64,000 bases of DNA. Source: an uncultured Phycisphaeraceae bacterium (lineage in GTDB: Bacteria > Planctomycetota > Phycisphaerae > UBA1845). Position 1 is the first letter of the stretch. The number at the start of each line of letters is the position of its first letter. This document shows positions 10,687 through 20,176 of this stretch, one piece after another. The notes under the pieces are model-generated. The model was not told where the DNA came from and ran no database searches. It was given only the letters and a program-made list of their open reading frames with translations. The translations under genes were made by a program, and so were the position numbers. Where the stretch lies: the NCBI GenBank assembly GCA_964494205.1, contig CAZBRD010000016.1, positions 11,077 through 75,076 of the forward strand, read 5' to 3'.

Positions 10687-11259
10687 TCAAGGAACAGGTG
10701 GCGCCGAATCAACTTCGAGCACCACACCATCCATACCCGCGTACTGTCGCGCGCTCGACCAAACCCAATCCGTAGGTGACGCAACCAAACCTCGTTTGAC
10801 AGGATTTCGATGAAGGTACTCAACTGCTTGCCATGCCGTCTTCGCATTAACCATATTTCGATCGTAACCGCCGCCCATCTGCCAAAAATGAAAAGACGAC
10901 TTGCCATTGGAGTCTCGTGTTTCCAATTTCTTCAAAAAAGTCGATTCCAATTGTTTCAGGAACGCAATCGCTTTCCGCGCGACAGGCTGCTTGATGGATT
11001 GCAATAAGACAGGCACACGATAATCGGGACGTCGTGGCAGCAGAAGCACATGAACATGTTCGGGCATAACAACATAAGCCCAAAGTTCAAACTCGTGTTT
11101 TTGACGCGCCGCATCCAAGGATTCGAGAAACCATTGGCGCGTACGATCGCGAGATAGCAAAGGAAGTCGCTGATAACAAGAAAATGTCAGTTCATGGGCA
11201 TTGCCGGCGAAACTCTCACTTCGGCGAAGTTTCTTGACTCTGCCATCGGCGAGGTACAT
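10687..11259 (-). mobile_element. REP-associated tyrosine transposase (RAYT/TnpA-REP, HUH Y1 family)
   Basis: HELTFSC, YVVMPEHVH (HUH), FWQ..GYDR, EYLHRNPVKRGL (catalytic Tyr) and WVWSS motifs; flanked by inverted REPs. Confidence 0.93.
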
Positions 11260-11279
11260 TCGCACCCTTCAGACAATTC

Positions 11280-11312
11280 CCACGGCCAAGCTGCGGCTTG
11301 ACCGTGCCACCC
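11280..11312 (-). repeat. REP palindrome family A, right flank of RAYT
   Basis: Perfect reverse complement of 10637-10669; shares its last base with the stop codon of the protease gene. Confidence 0.93.
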
Positions 11313-13441
11313 TAATCCGCTGCCAGTATTCGCACATTATCGATGAGCGCCTCAAGCAGCGTCTCGCCGCCCGCGTCTTCGATGGAGAAGCGCAGCTGCA
11401 CCTGGTTCGTCGGAGTTATCACCGAAGGCACACCGTTGAAAATCTGCGATCGCCACTCGCGAGATTTTTCTTCATGGCGAATGAGCTGAGTCCACGATTG
11501 TCCCGCGTCGTTGGAGATGGAAACCTCCAGCCCGTCGTCGCCGTCGTCGTTGTCGCGATAGAACCAATAGTCATAGATGAGCGAAAGGTTCGCATGTCCC
11601 GTGAGATCGATCATTGGTGAGTAAAGCACGGTCGGGCCGCCGTCCACGTCGTTGGAATCGGCCTGTCCGCCGAACGGTCCAGTGCCGTAACAGCGGCCGT
11701 CCGCATCGTACGGGCTGTCGAAACCGGGCTGCACGATCTGGTCAACGTAACCGTTAAACAACGTCTGCGTCGGATTGTGACGGAACCATTGCCCGCGAAT
11801 CATGTTTGGGTCGCTCACGACGATCCAATCAGTGTCTTCCGCAAACGTGGCTGAAAACACATGCGCCGAACAAAGCGTGATCTCAGCCGACTCGCTGAGC
11901 GATTCGCCACACAGGTTGGCGGTGAGCAATGAATAATTACCACCGCCGTCACCCTCCACGCTATCGATGACGAGCGTCGGCCCATCAGCCCCCTCAATCG
12001 GCACGCCGTCGTGCCACCACGCGTAGGTCAGCTCGTGATTCGAGGTGGCGTCGGAGAACAAAACCAGATTGTTGAACTCGCAGACGATTTGACTCTGAGA
12101 TGAAAGATCGATTTCCGGAACCGTGCACAGGTTGCCCGTTTGGCCGTTCTGCAACAGGTACACGTCGAACAAATCAATGTGCGTGTCGCCGTCGTAATTG
12201 TTGCACGAACACGATGACGGCGGCGGACCGACGCGCGGGCCTGTCGCGCACGAAGCCCAGTTGGTGATGTCGAACGCGTCGGTGTCTTCATCGAGATCGC
12301 AATCGCCGCGGCGAGCAGGGCAGGCGCTTCGCGCATCCACGAAGTCGGATTGATTGATCAGTGTGCCGATATTGGGGCAATCCGTTGTGCAATGTGAAAC
12401 GATGCCGATGATCTTATCGTTGTAGGTGATCGATGAGCCGGAGTTGCCGCCGGTCGTGTCGACGCGGTGATACCACGCAGGCTCCTGACTACCGAAACCG
12501 GACTCGATGCCGGCGAGCGCGCCCACGCCGCGCTTCTGGGCTTGGCTCAGCTCGCCAACCTCTGCCACTCCGTAGCCAACGACAACAATCTCCACCGGAA
12601 ACTCATCGGGCAATTCAGTCGCGATCGGGCGGTAATCGCCTTGCGCCTCGATGGCTGTCAGTTCCGTCTCCGTGTTGGCAAAACAAGTGAAATAACCCCA
12701 ATCCAGACCCACGCCGCCGTTGATGAAAGCGATCGAGCTCTCGCGCACCATGTACTGATCTTCGGGACCGGGGTGTTGCAGTGAACCATCAGGGTTACTC
12801 AGCGGGACCTGAAACTGCTGCACAAACGCGAACCCCATGCAGTGCCCTGCGCTCACAAAACAACCTGACGTGTTATACATCGACGCCGTGCAACCCACAG
12901 GCATCAGACGGCCGGTCCATCGCTCTTCTGTCGGAAGTCGATCATCAACATCGCAGATACCGCACAAACTTCCCGCCACCGATCCGCCGGCCATTTGATA
13001 AGCGACCTGACCGAGAATGAAACGATTTCCGGTCGTGCCGGCCCCAGCGATCAATTCAATCTCAACCGCGTTGCCGTTGAAATAGGCCGACGTGTTGTAC
13101 CACTCCGCGATCGTGTCGGCTGAGTGGTGCTGCTTCGCATTGTCCGCTAGCGAAGTCACGATCATCGTGCTGCCTTCCCGCAGCGTGACGTCGTCAAAAT
13201 ACAACCGCAGCCAGGCCGCGCCTTCGATTTGAACAACCGCTCGAAACACCGATTGCGGATCGTTCGAGGCATTATCCAGCGGACCCGAATCGAGCGGATA
13301 ATCTTGAAGTTGGCCGACCGGCGCGGTCAGGATGTTCTGTCCGAACGCGCTGGCAGCCGCCAACGCAAAAATAGCAATGCCAAGCATCTGGCACTTTGTA
13401 AGAATCGAAGTCGTCCCTGCGGTAGTTGATAGACCGATCAC
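11312..13441 (-). CDS. Secreted trypsin-like serine protease with dockerin-like, Ig-like and C-terminal beta-sandwich domains
   Basis: SAGHC / D / TTGGNSGS triad motifs; signal peptide; GDCDLDEDTDAFD...NYDGDTHIDLFD pair; YAWWHDG...GNYSL Ig-like segment; GGAGG RBS before GTG. Confidence 0.85.
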   Translation of the reverse strand: MIGLSTTAGTTSILTKCQMLGIAIFALAAASAFGQNILTAPVGQLQDYPLDSGPLDNASNDPQSVFRAVVQIEGAAWLRLYFDDVTLREGSTMIVTSLADNAKQHHSADTIAEWYNTSAYFNGNAVEIELIAGAGTTGNRFILGQVAYQMAGGSVAGSLCGICDVDDRLPTEERWTGRLMPVGCTASMYNTSGCFVSAGHCMGFAFVQQFQVPLSNPDGSLQHPGPEDQYMVRESSIAFINGGVGLDWGYFTCFANTETELTAIEAQGDYRPIATELPDEFPVEIVVVGYGVAEVGELSQAQKRGVGALAGIESGFGSQEPAWYHRVDTTGGNSGSSITYNDKIIGIVSHCTTDCPNIGTLINQSDFVDARSACPARRGDCDLDEDTDAFDITNWASCATGPRVGPPPSSCSCNNYDGDTHIDLFDVYLLQNGQTGNLCTVPEIDLSSQSQIVCEFNNLVLFSDATSNHELTYAWWHDGVPIEGADGPTLVIDSVEGDGGGNYSLLTANLCGESLSESAEITLCSAHVFSATFAEDTDWIVVSDPNMIRGQWFRHNPTQTLFNGYVDQIVQPGFDSPYDADGRCYGTGPFGGQADSNDVDGGPTVLYSPMIDLTGHANLSLIYDYWFYRDNDDGDDGLEVSISNDAGQSWTQLIRHEEKSREWRSQIFNGVPSVITPTNQVQLRFSIEDAGGETLLEALIDNVRILAAD

Positions 13442-13900
13442 TCGGCACCCTCCTGTACACTATGACGCCCCATCGGGCATGTTTTCTTGCGGGATCCGCC
13501 AGCAGCGGAATTCGTGGGAGAGAACTCGCCCCCTAGCTTAGCAGATTATAGCCCCCGAAAACAGCTTGCGGCTCGCAGGTCAGTTGGTCAGCGCTTTGTA
13601 ACAACAGTGAACGGTTGCTCATCCAAGCCGAAACCCATCAAACCGCCTCAGTGGGATGTGCCGCAGTCTGGTCGGCCTTGCAACGGCCTGTAAAACGCCA
13701 CGAAAACGCCTGCGACTTCAAGAATTAGAGGGATTAGGTTACACTGGCGGATCAGGAACATCGGGGACGACACTCCGCCGATAGCTTGATAGTAGGTCGA
13801 TAGCCTCGTGCGGCTCGGCATACCGTACATCCGGTCAGCCAATTGTTTCGGACTTTTCAGCGAGGCCGCGCGATCGACGGGCGAGCACATCGCCTAAGGG

Positions 13901-14398
13901 TTGAGAGCAAGGAGATTGAACGTGACGTCGAGGAATAGGTGGCAGTTGGCGACGGGCACCGTCGTGATGGCGTTGGTAGTAACATCGTTCGCGTTTCCAC
14001 CGCGCCAGGAAAAACAACCGAAAGTGAAGCTGGTGACGCTGCATGGCACCGTCGTGGATTTCTACTCCTACATGACCGGGCAGGGTGCTGCAGCCGCCAA
14101 GAGCGAAGAAGATCACTTGAAGCTCACCCGCGAGAGCCTCAAGAACGGAGTGCCGGCTTGTCTGGAAACCGATGACTCTTTAATCGTTCTCGGTAAAGGC
14201 GCCAAAGGCGCGGTCGAGCTCGTCATGCCATTAGCCGGACAGGAAGTCGAAGTACGCGGCAAGCTCTACGAAAAAGACGGCATGCAGTTCATGGACCTCG
14301 TCGCGATCAAAGCCGCCCAGCCGGAAGAAAAAGAAGGCGAACCGCAGGCTGAAGAACCGGAAGAGGGCGAAGCGGAAGCAGAAGGCGAAGAACCATAA
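13901..14398 (+). CDS. Hypothetical exported protein with acidic tail
   Basis: N-terminal hydrophobic segment, VTLHGTVVD...VEVRGKLYE beta-rich core, E-rich C-terminus; start uncertain. Confidence 0.65.
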   Translation: MRARRLNVTSRNRWQLATGTVVMALVVTSFAFPPRQEKQPKVKLVTLHGTVVDFYSYMTGQGAAAAKSEEDHLKLTRESLKNGVPACLETDDSLIVLGKGAKGAVELVMPLAGQEVEVRGKLYEKDGMQFMDLVAIKAAQPEEKEGEPQAEEPEEGEAEAEGEEP

Positions 14399-14464
14399 CA
14401 GCCCACTCACACATCGTTCGCCCATTCGTCTTGCACAACACAGCCTCAAAGCATGCAATAACTG

Positions 14465-14505
14465 CTCCCTCTCCCTTTTAGGGAGAGGGTAGGGGTGAGG
14501 GTCTC
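14465..14505 (+). repeat. Palindromic repeat family B (CTCCCTCTCCC...GGGAGAGGG..GGGGTGAGGG), short form
   Basis: Near-identical copy at 37971-38011; variant with compensatory change at 52181-52219; long forms at 30419, 44531 and 48335. Confidence 0.8.
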
Positions 14506-14570
14506 TCGGGCTGTCTTCATTTAGTCATTGTTACTGCGCCTAATTCACTCACGTCGATCGCAACTCAACC

Positions 14571-14592
14571 GAGCCCCCTGCGCAAGCAGGGG
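14571..14592 (+). repeat. Palindromic repeat family C (GAGCC..GCGCAAGC..)
   Basis: GAGCCCCCTGCGCAAGCAGGGG, identical at 25688; variants at 22509, 22531, 51127, 52078, 52108 and 61624. Confidence 0.8.
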
Positions 14593-14723
14593 AATTCAAC
14601 ACTTCTTCACCACAACGTAGAATCCAAAACAAGCGAACTCGCCCCGCGGGTTCGTCGTATCTCTAGTAGCTGCGTGTAAGCAGGCGACTGTTCGCCGCCT
14701 GCCAATACGAAAGGGCCGGGCGC

Positions 14724-15062
14724 ATGAATTATTACCACATCTGGTGCAACCTGAGTGGCCGACTCTCCGACGTGGAATTCGCCACAGCTGTCGACGCCTA
14801 TCTCGGAGCGCTGAAGCAACGCGGAACCGTCGAAAGCTTCAAGCTCTCGCGCCGCAAGTTCGGCTTCGGCCCGCCGGAATTGGGCGAGTTTCACATCGTG
14901 ATCGAAACCCGCGACCTCGAACAACTCGACCGCGCGTTCGACGTAGCCGCCGCCCGCGAGGGCGAGATCGAATCCCTGCACGCGCGCGTGTACTCAGCCG
15001 TGAAGGACTTCCGCAGCGGGTTGTTTCGTGACTTTCCGGACCCGGTGCGCAAGACAAATTGA
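14724..15062 (+). CDS. Conserved hypothetical protein (DUF6614-like)
   Basis: MNYYHIWCNL...RRKFGFGP..LGEFHIVIE...FRDFPD resembles the DUF6614 family as recalled; native codon usage. Confidence 0.7.
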   Translation: MNYYHIWCNLSGRLSDVEFATAVDAYLGALKQRGTVESFKLSRRKFGFGPPELGEFHIVIETRDLEQLDRAFDVAAAREGEIESLHARVYSAVKDFRSGLFRDFPDPVRKTN

Positions 15063-15084
15063 TACCCGCAATTGAAGGTGAAGA

Positions 15085-15579
15085 ATGCGTTCAGCGATCC
15101 TACTCGTGCTGGCTGGTGCGGGATGTACGACCTCGCAAACACTGAACAGTCCCAAACCCAAGCCGACGACGCATAAGCTCTCGATTTGTAGGACGCTCCC
15201 TCAAGCTGAAGGCGGTTCCTACAATCTTTGTGGATACGACGGCATCATGTGGGATGACGAGTCAAAAACGATTGACCTCGATACGCTTCGAACGTGCCTG
15301 GAATGGACCGACGGCTCAACCACAGTTGATGCCTATGAATTACCTTTACGAGATTGTGATAACGCTGTGCTCGTTGCAGAGGAGTGGTACGGCGATCCAA
15401 ACTCCCGATCCTTAATTGGTCCCAAAATAGCCTATGAATACCATGATCAAGCTCGCGCCGCAGTCTTAAGAAGACTGTTCGGTGTTGAAGCTCCACCATT
15501 TCCAGAATACACGTATATGCAAGACGGCGAAGATATTTCTGACGAATACAGGCGAATCATGTGCCCGTGTTGTCCGTAA
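15085..15579 (+). CDS. Hypothetical lipoprotein, Cys-containing
   Basis: MRSAILLVLAGAGC lipobox, GAAGGTG RBS, ends CPCCP; TAATG overlap with the next gene. Confidence 0.65.
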   Translation: MRSAILLVLAGAGCTTSQTLNSPKPKPTTHKLSICRTLPQAEGGSYNLCGYDGIMWDDESKTIDLDTLRTCLEWTDGSTTVDAYELPLRDCDNAVLVAEEWYGDPNSRSLIGPKIAYEYHDQARAAVLRRLFGVEAPPFPEYTYMQDGEDISDEYRRIMCPCCP

Positions 15580-16184
15580 TGCGAAACCAACGCGTCAATC
15601 GCAAAACCACACCGCGCGTTGTTGACGGAAAGGTCCAACGTAAGAATCGCTCCGCACTCACGCCGAGCTACTGGAACACGCCGCAGGAATTTCCCGTCAT
15701 TGATCGCGAGCGCCCCGGGCCGGGGCATCGACACCTGCTCAAGAAACGCGACATCGAGAACTTCATCAGCATACTGCCCGATTGGTCGGAATTGTCCAAG
15801 GGTTTGGATGCCATCCTGCTCGCCCGGTACGAACAAGGCACAGCCGGCTGGCACACGCCGGGAATCGTAGGCATCTGCGCCTGGGAGCGCGAACTGCACG
15901 TCGAACAAGACCTTGAGTTCTTCAACGAGCACAAGGGCGTGTACGATCGAATCGGCGTCGAATACGAACCGGTTGAAGACGGCATGCTTTGTCGCTTCAC
16001 TGAGAATCAGGCGAAAGCCTATCAATTGCTGCACATTTTGCTTCATGAACTTGGGCATCATCACGATCGAATGACGACTCGCTCAAAGCGCGAAGCCGCG
16101 CGCGGCGAGAACTACGCCGAGCAATACGCGCTGACGTATGAAAAGGTGATTTGGAATCGCTACGTGGAAAACTTCGATCTTTAG
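15579..16184 (+). CDS. Hypothetical zinc metallopeptidase-like protein
   Basis: LLHELGHHHD (HExxH) plus a downstream E in GENYAE; basic N-terminus. Confidence 0.7.
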   Translation: MRNQRVNRKTTPRVVDGKVQRKNRSALTPSYWNTPQEFPVIDRERPGPGHRHLLKKRDIENFISILPDWSELSKGLDAILLARYEQGTAGWHTPGIVGICAWERELHVEQDLEFFNEHKGVYDRIGVEYEPVEDGMLCRFTENQAKAYQLLHILLHELGHHHDRMTTRSKREAARGENYAEQYALTYEKVIWNRYVENFDL

Positions 16185-16191
16185 GGTTCGC

Positions 16192-16932
16192 TCAATGCGG
16201 CAGTTTTCGCAACTGGTTCAACGTCACACGAAAATCCTTCGGCGGCGCGGCTTCGAACGTAACTCGCGCGCCGGTTGTGGGGTGGTCAAACGAGATGCGC
16301 AGCGCGTGCAGAGTCAGCCGATCAATCAGCGGCCGTTCGTCGCGATTGAAATGCACACGATAGTTCGATTTTAGTCGCGACAGGTAAAGCGGCTTCGGAC
16401 TCCCGTAAATCGGATCGATCGCCAGCGGGTGGTCGATGGCAGCCAGGTGCACGCGAATCTGGTGCAGCCGGCCCGTCAGCGGTTTGCACTCCACCAGCGT
16501 GTGCTCGGCGACGTGCTCAATAACGCGATAAGTCGTGGTCGAAGGCTTACCTTCGGCAGCCACTTTCGCCCGCGAACGATTGCGATCGACAGCCAACGCC
16601 AAGTCGACTTGCCCATCGCCCTTCAACAAGCCATCAACTAGCGCCCAGTAGATTTTCTCCACCGTGCGCGAAGCGAATTGTTCAGTGAGCTGTCGCTGTG
16701 CACGAAGCGTGCGCGCAAACACAATCACACCGCTCGCGTCCCGATCCAATCGATGAACCGATCGAAAGGCCTCATCCGCGGGAATCCCATCTCGCCCCCG
16801 AAGCAAGTCCGCGATGCACGCTTCATCATTGCGTCCGGGAACCGACAAAAGGCCGGCGGGCTTTTCAACAACGATCAAAGCTTCGTCGAGGTGAAGTATG
16901 GAAGGTGCTAAAGCACGTCGTTCGATAGACAT
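16192..16932 (-). CDS. RluA-family pseudouridine synthase
   Basis: VVEKPAGL, VHRLDRDASG (catalytic Asp), TGRLHQIRVHL and LHA motifs. Confidence 0.93.
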   Translation of the reverse strand: MSIERRALAPSILHLDEALIVVEKPAGLLSVPGRNDEACIADLLRGRDGIPADEAFRSVHRLDRDASGVIVFARTLRAQRQLTEQFASRTVEKIYWALVDGLLKGDGQVDLALAVDRNRSRAKVAAEGKPSTTTYRVIEHVAEHTLVECKPLTGRLHQIRVHLAAIDHPLAIDPIYGSPKPLYLSRLKSNYRVHFNRDERPLIDRLTLHALRISFDHPTTGARVTFEAAPPKDFRVTLNQLRKLPH

Positions 16933-17067
16933 GCTCGAATCATAGCGTGATCCCGGGCTAATGGAGCAATCGGCGTAATCGTCGCGCATTCAGACCCCCC
17001 TTTATCCCCCCTTGGCAAGGGAGGAACGTGCGGGGGTGCCGCCACGCGAGATCGAAAGATACTCCAT

Positions 17068-17110
17068 AAACAAAAAGACCATGACCCGCCAATCACGGGC
17101 CATGGTCTCA
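17068..17110 (-). terminator. Rho-independent terminator of the cheW-MCP operon
   Basis: Minus strand AGACCATGGCCCG-loop-CGGGTCATGGTCT followed by TTTTGTTT, about 30 nt after the MCP stop. Confidence 0.8.
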
Positions 17111-17141
17111 TCAAAAAGCAAGTTCTTGTGCCTGCGTCCGC

Positions 17142-19292
17142 CTACAGCTTGAACTGCGCGACCAGCTCCTTCAGTTGCTGCGATTGCCCCGCCAATTCCT
17201 CTGCCGAGCCGGACATTTCTTCCGCCGCCGAAGCATTGTTCTCGGTGATCGACGCGATGTTCTGAATGCCCGTGTTCACCTCGCTGGCGGTCTGCGACTG
17301 CTCGGTGGTCGCTTCAGCGATTTGCGCGATTCCCTTGGCCGTCTTCTCGACGCCCTCGATGATCTTCTGCAACGCCGCTCCGGTTTGTTCACTGAGCGCA
17401 GCACCTTCCTTCACGCGCTGCGTCGATTCCTTGATCAGCGTGTTGATCTCTTTCGCTGCCTGGCTTGATCGCTCCGCCAGCTTGCGAACTTCATCAGCCA
17501 CCACCGCGAAACCAAGCCCGTGCTCGCCCGCCCGCGCGGCTTCGATCGCCGCGTTGAGCGCGAGAAGATTCGTCTGCGCCGCGATCTCGGAAATGACGCC
17601 GATGATCTCGGATATCTGTTCCGCCGACTTATCGATCAGTTTCATCGCTTCGATGTTCTTGCTGACCGCCGCGCCGCCTTCTTCAGCACGCGAGCTCGTA
17701 TCCCGCGCAATACCGTTGGCGTCATTGGCATTCTTAGCCACGCCCGTGATGTTGCTATTGAGTGATTGGATGGCTGCCGACATCTGCTCCACGTTGGCCG
17801 ATTGCGTCTGAGCGCCATCGGAGAGTGACGTCGAACCTTCCGAGACGACGCGCGCCCCTTCGACAAACTGATCCGCCGATTCAACGATCTGCGTGATGAC
17901 CGCTTTGAGGCCATTGATCATTTGCTCGAGCCCTTCCCCGAGCTGACCGATCGAGTCCGACCCCTTGACGGTTACCGCTTGGGTGAGATCGCCGGACGCC
18001 GCCGCCTTCACGGTAATTAGCAGCCGAGCGACTTTTGCTTGCAGATCGTCAGCCATCGCCTTGGACTCAGCTTGCATTTTCGCAACCTCAGCCCGCTGCT
18101 GAACGGCAGCCGTGATGTCCGAGGCGTACTTGACCACTTTGTGCAGCTTGCCCTTTACGTCTGCGATGGGGTTGTACGACGCCTGAATCCAAATCGACGA
18201 TCCATCTTTGCGGGCACGCTCGAATTCGCCGACCTGGTTTTCACCGCGGTTCAGCTTCGCCCAGAATTCTCAATACTCTGCGCTGTTGCGATAAGCGGGC
18301 GGGCAGAAGATGCTGTGATGCTTGCCGCGAATTTCTTCGAGTGAATAACCCACAGCCGCACAGAAATTGTTGTTGGCGGTGATGATGGTCCCGTCAAGGT
18401 TGAATTCGATGACCGCCTGCGATTTGCTGATGGCGTTCAGCTGATTGGCGTAATCCGCGTTCTGAACTTTCTTCTCCGTGATGTCAATCGCATACTTCAC
18501 GACCTTGAAGAGCTTGCCGTTGATGTCGGGAATGGGACTGTAGGAAGCCTGAATCCAGATGGCCTTGCCGTCTTTTCGGATTCGTTCAAATTCGCCAATC
18601 TGGTTTTCGCCGCGATTGAGCTTCGCCCAGAACTCGCGGTACTCAGTGCTGGTGCGATATTCCGCAAGACAGAACATGCTGTGGTGTTTGCCGCGGATCT
18701 CTTCGAGCGAGTATCCCAACGCGGTGACAAAATTCTCATTCGCATCAACGATGGTTCCGTCCAGATTGAATTCGATCACCGCTTGCGACTTGCTCAGCGC
18801 CTTCGCGCGTTCCTCGAAGTCTGCGTTTTTCACTTCCAGCGATCGGCGCTGGGTGGCATCCTCCCAGTTGACGATCTGCCCGCAATACTCGCCTTCTTCG
18901 TCAAGGAGCGCGTGCACTTCCAGCGCAAGCGTTAACGGTCCAAGCTTGATGTCCGCCTTAATGGGGAGGTTCTTCGGGCTGGAGAGTATCTTGCGAATTT
19001 CCTTGGCGCGCGTGCCGTGAAAGCGATCGAGCGAACCGCCGACCAATTCGTCAACGGAAAGCCCCAGCTCCTTCTCGATGATGTCTTCGATCGAGCGCAG
19101 CGTCTCTTCCGACCGTTCGTTCATGTACACGAGCTCTAGATCGGCGTTGCTGATCAGCACGTTTGTACCGAGAGCATCAACGGCGTTCTGAAGTCGTTTG
19201 AACGCGCCGGCTGCCGCCCCGTCATCTCCGATGAACTGTGAAAATCGACTTCCGTTGTTTGCGTTTGCTTTCTTGCTGTTTGAAGTGCCCAT
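17142..19292 (-). pseudogene. Cytoplasmic multi-PAS methyl-accepting chemotaxis protein interrupted by one in-frame TGA (18270-18272)
   Basis: ORFs 18270-19292 and 17142-18137 are in the same frame. After the TGA the reading continues [23 protein letters not shown], matching the preceding PAS repeat. MCP signature [38 protein letters not shown]. Confidence 0.9.
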
Positions 19293-19380
19293 GCGTTACC
19301 TCAAAAAGAACCAATGTGACTCGGTCCGACACCGGGCGTTTCGTCGAGAGGCAATGACCCTCGCGCCGGCGTTCGGTTTT

Positions 19381-19920
19381 CTAGGCGGCGACCTCAGCGC
19401 CTTCACCCTGCGATGCGTGCTCAACCTGCGATAACACGCACTCCATATTGAGAAGAATCATGATTTTGTCGTTCATCTTGACTAGGCCTTTAATGTACGC
19501 CTGCTCAAGCCCGACGATCCCGCGAGGCGGCGGTTCGATTTGTCCCGCCTCGATGCGAAGTACTTCGTTCACGGCATCGACGACGACACCAAACGTAGCG
19601 CCCGCAGCGTTCACAACGACAATGCGTGTGTGTTCCGTGGTTTCCCCGCCGCCAAGTCCAAATCGTCTGCGCAGATCAATGATGGGAATGACTTTCCCGC
19701 GCAGATTGATCAGTCCACGAACATAGTCAGGAACCTCAGGAATGGCCGTGATCTCACCCATCAGGATGATTTCCTGGACGGCCATGATGTCGAGGCCGTA
19801 CTCCTCGTTCGCAAGCCGAAAGCTGACGACTTGCGACGTCATTCCGCTCTCCGTACGAAGAGTGTCAGTTCCTGTATTTCGTGCATGCAGGGCGCTGCCC
19901 GCCGCCTGAAGGGTGCTCAT
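19381..19920 (-). CDS. cheW: Chemotaxis coupling protein CheW
   Basis: VVSFRLANEEYGLDIMAVQEI and GLINLRGKVIPIIDLRRRF; adjacent to the MCP. Confidence 0.95.
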   Translation of the reverse strand: MSTLQAAGSALHARNTGTDTLRTESGMTSQVVSFRLANEEYGLDIMAVQEIILMGEITAIPEVPDYVRGLINLRGKVIPIIDLRRRFGLGGGETTEHTRIVVVNAAGATFGVVVDAVNEVLRIEAGQIEPPPRGIVGLEQAYIKGLVKMNDKIMILLNMECVLSQVEHASQGEGAEVAA

Positions 19921-20122
19921 ATGTATCTACCCAAAGACTTGTAGTATTCACCATGACCCTAAAGATGACATGGTCGCCATTACATCGAACGAATCCGGGG
20001 TGATCTTGTGTTAAGATGATCGCCTGTGCGGCGGGAATGGCGAACGAGTTTCAGCACCGGGGCTGAACACTCGTTTCAGCCTTCGGCGCAAGCACCCCGG
20101 GACGCGACCGTAAAGCCTGCGA

Positions 20123-20149
20123 CTATCGGACATTCACTCGTGCATTTGA
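20123..20149 (-). promoter_or_regulatory. Putative sigma-28 (FliA) promoter for cheW-MCP
   Basis: Minus strand TCAA-N15-TCCGATAG versus consensus TAAA-N15-GCCGATAA; upstream of chemotaxis genes. Confidence 0.55.
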
Positions 20150-20176
20150 CGACGATCACCCACGCCGGACAATTCC

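Noticed and set aside
10637-11312. Classical IS with terminal inverted repeats
   Set aside because: The enzyme is HUH/Y1 rather than DDE, no target duplication is seen, and the repeats are hairpins that also occur alone
18270-18272. Selenocysteine or alternative genetic code reading of the TGA
   Set aside because: The paralogous position is Arg, no SECIS-like hairpin is evident, and TGA is a normal stop in many genes here
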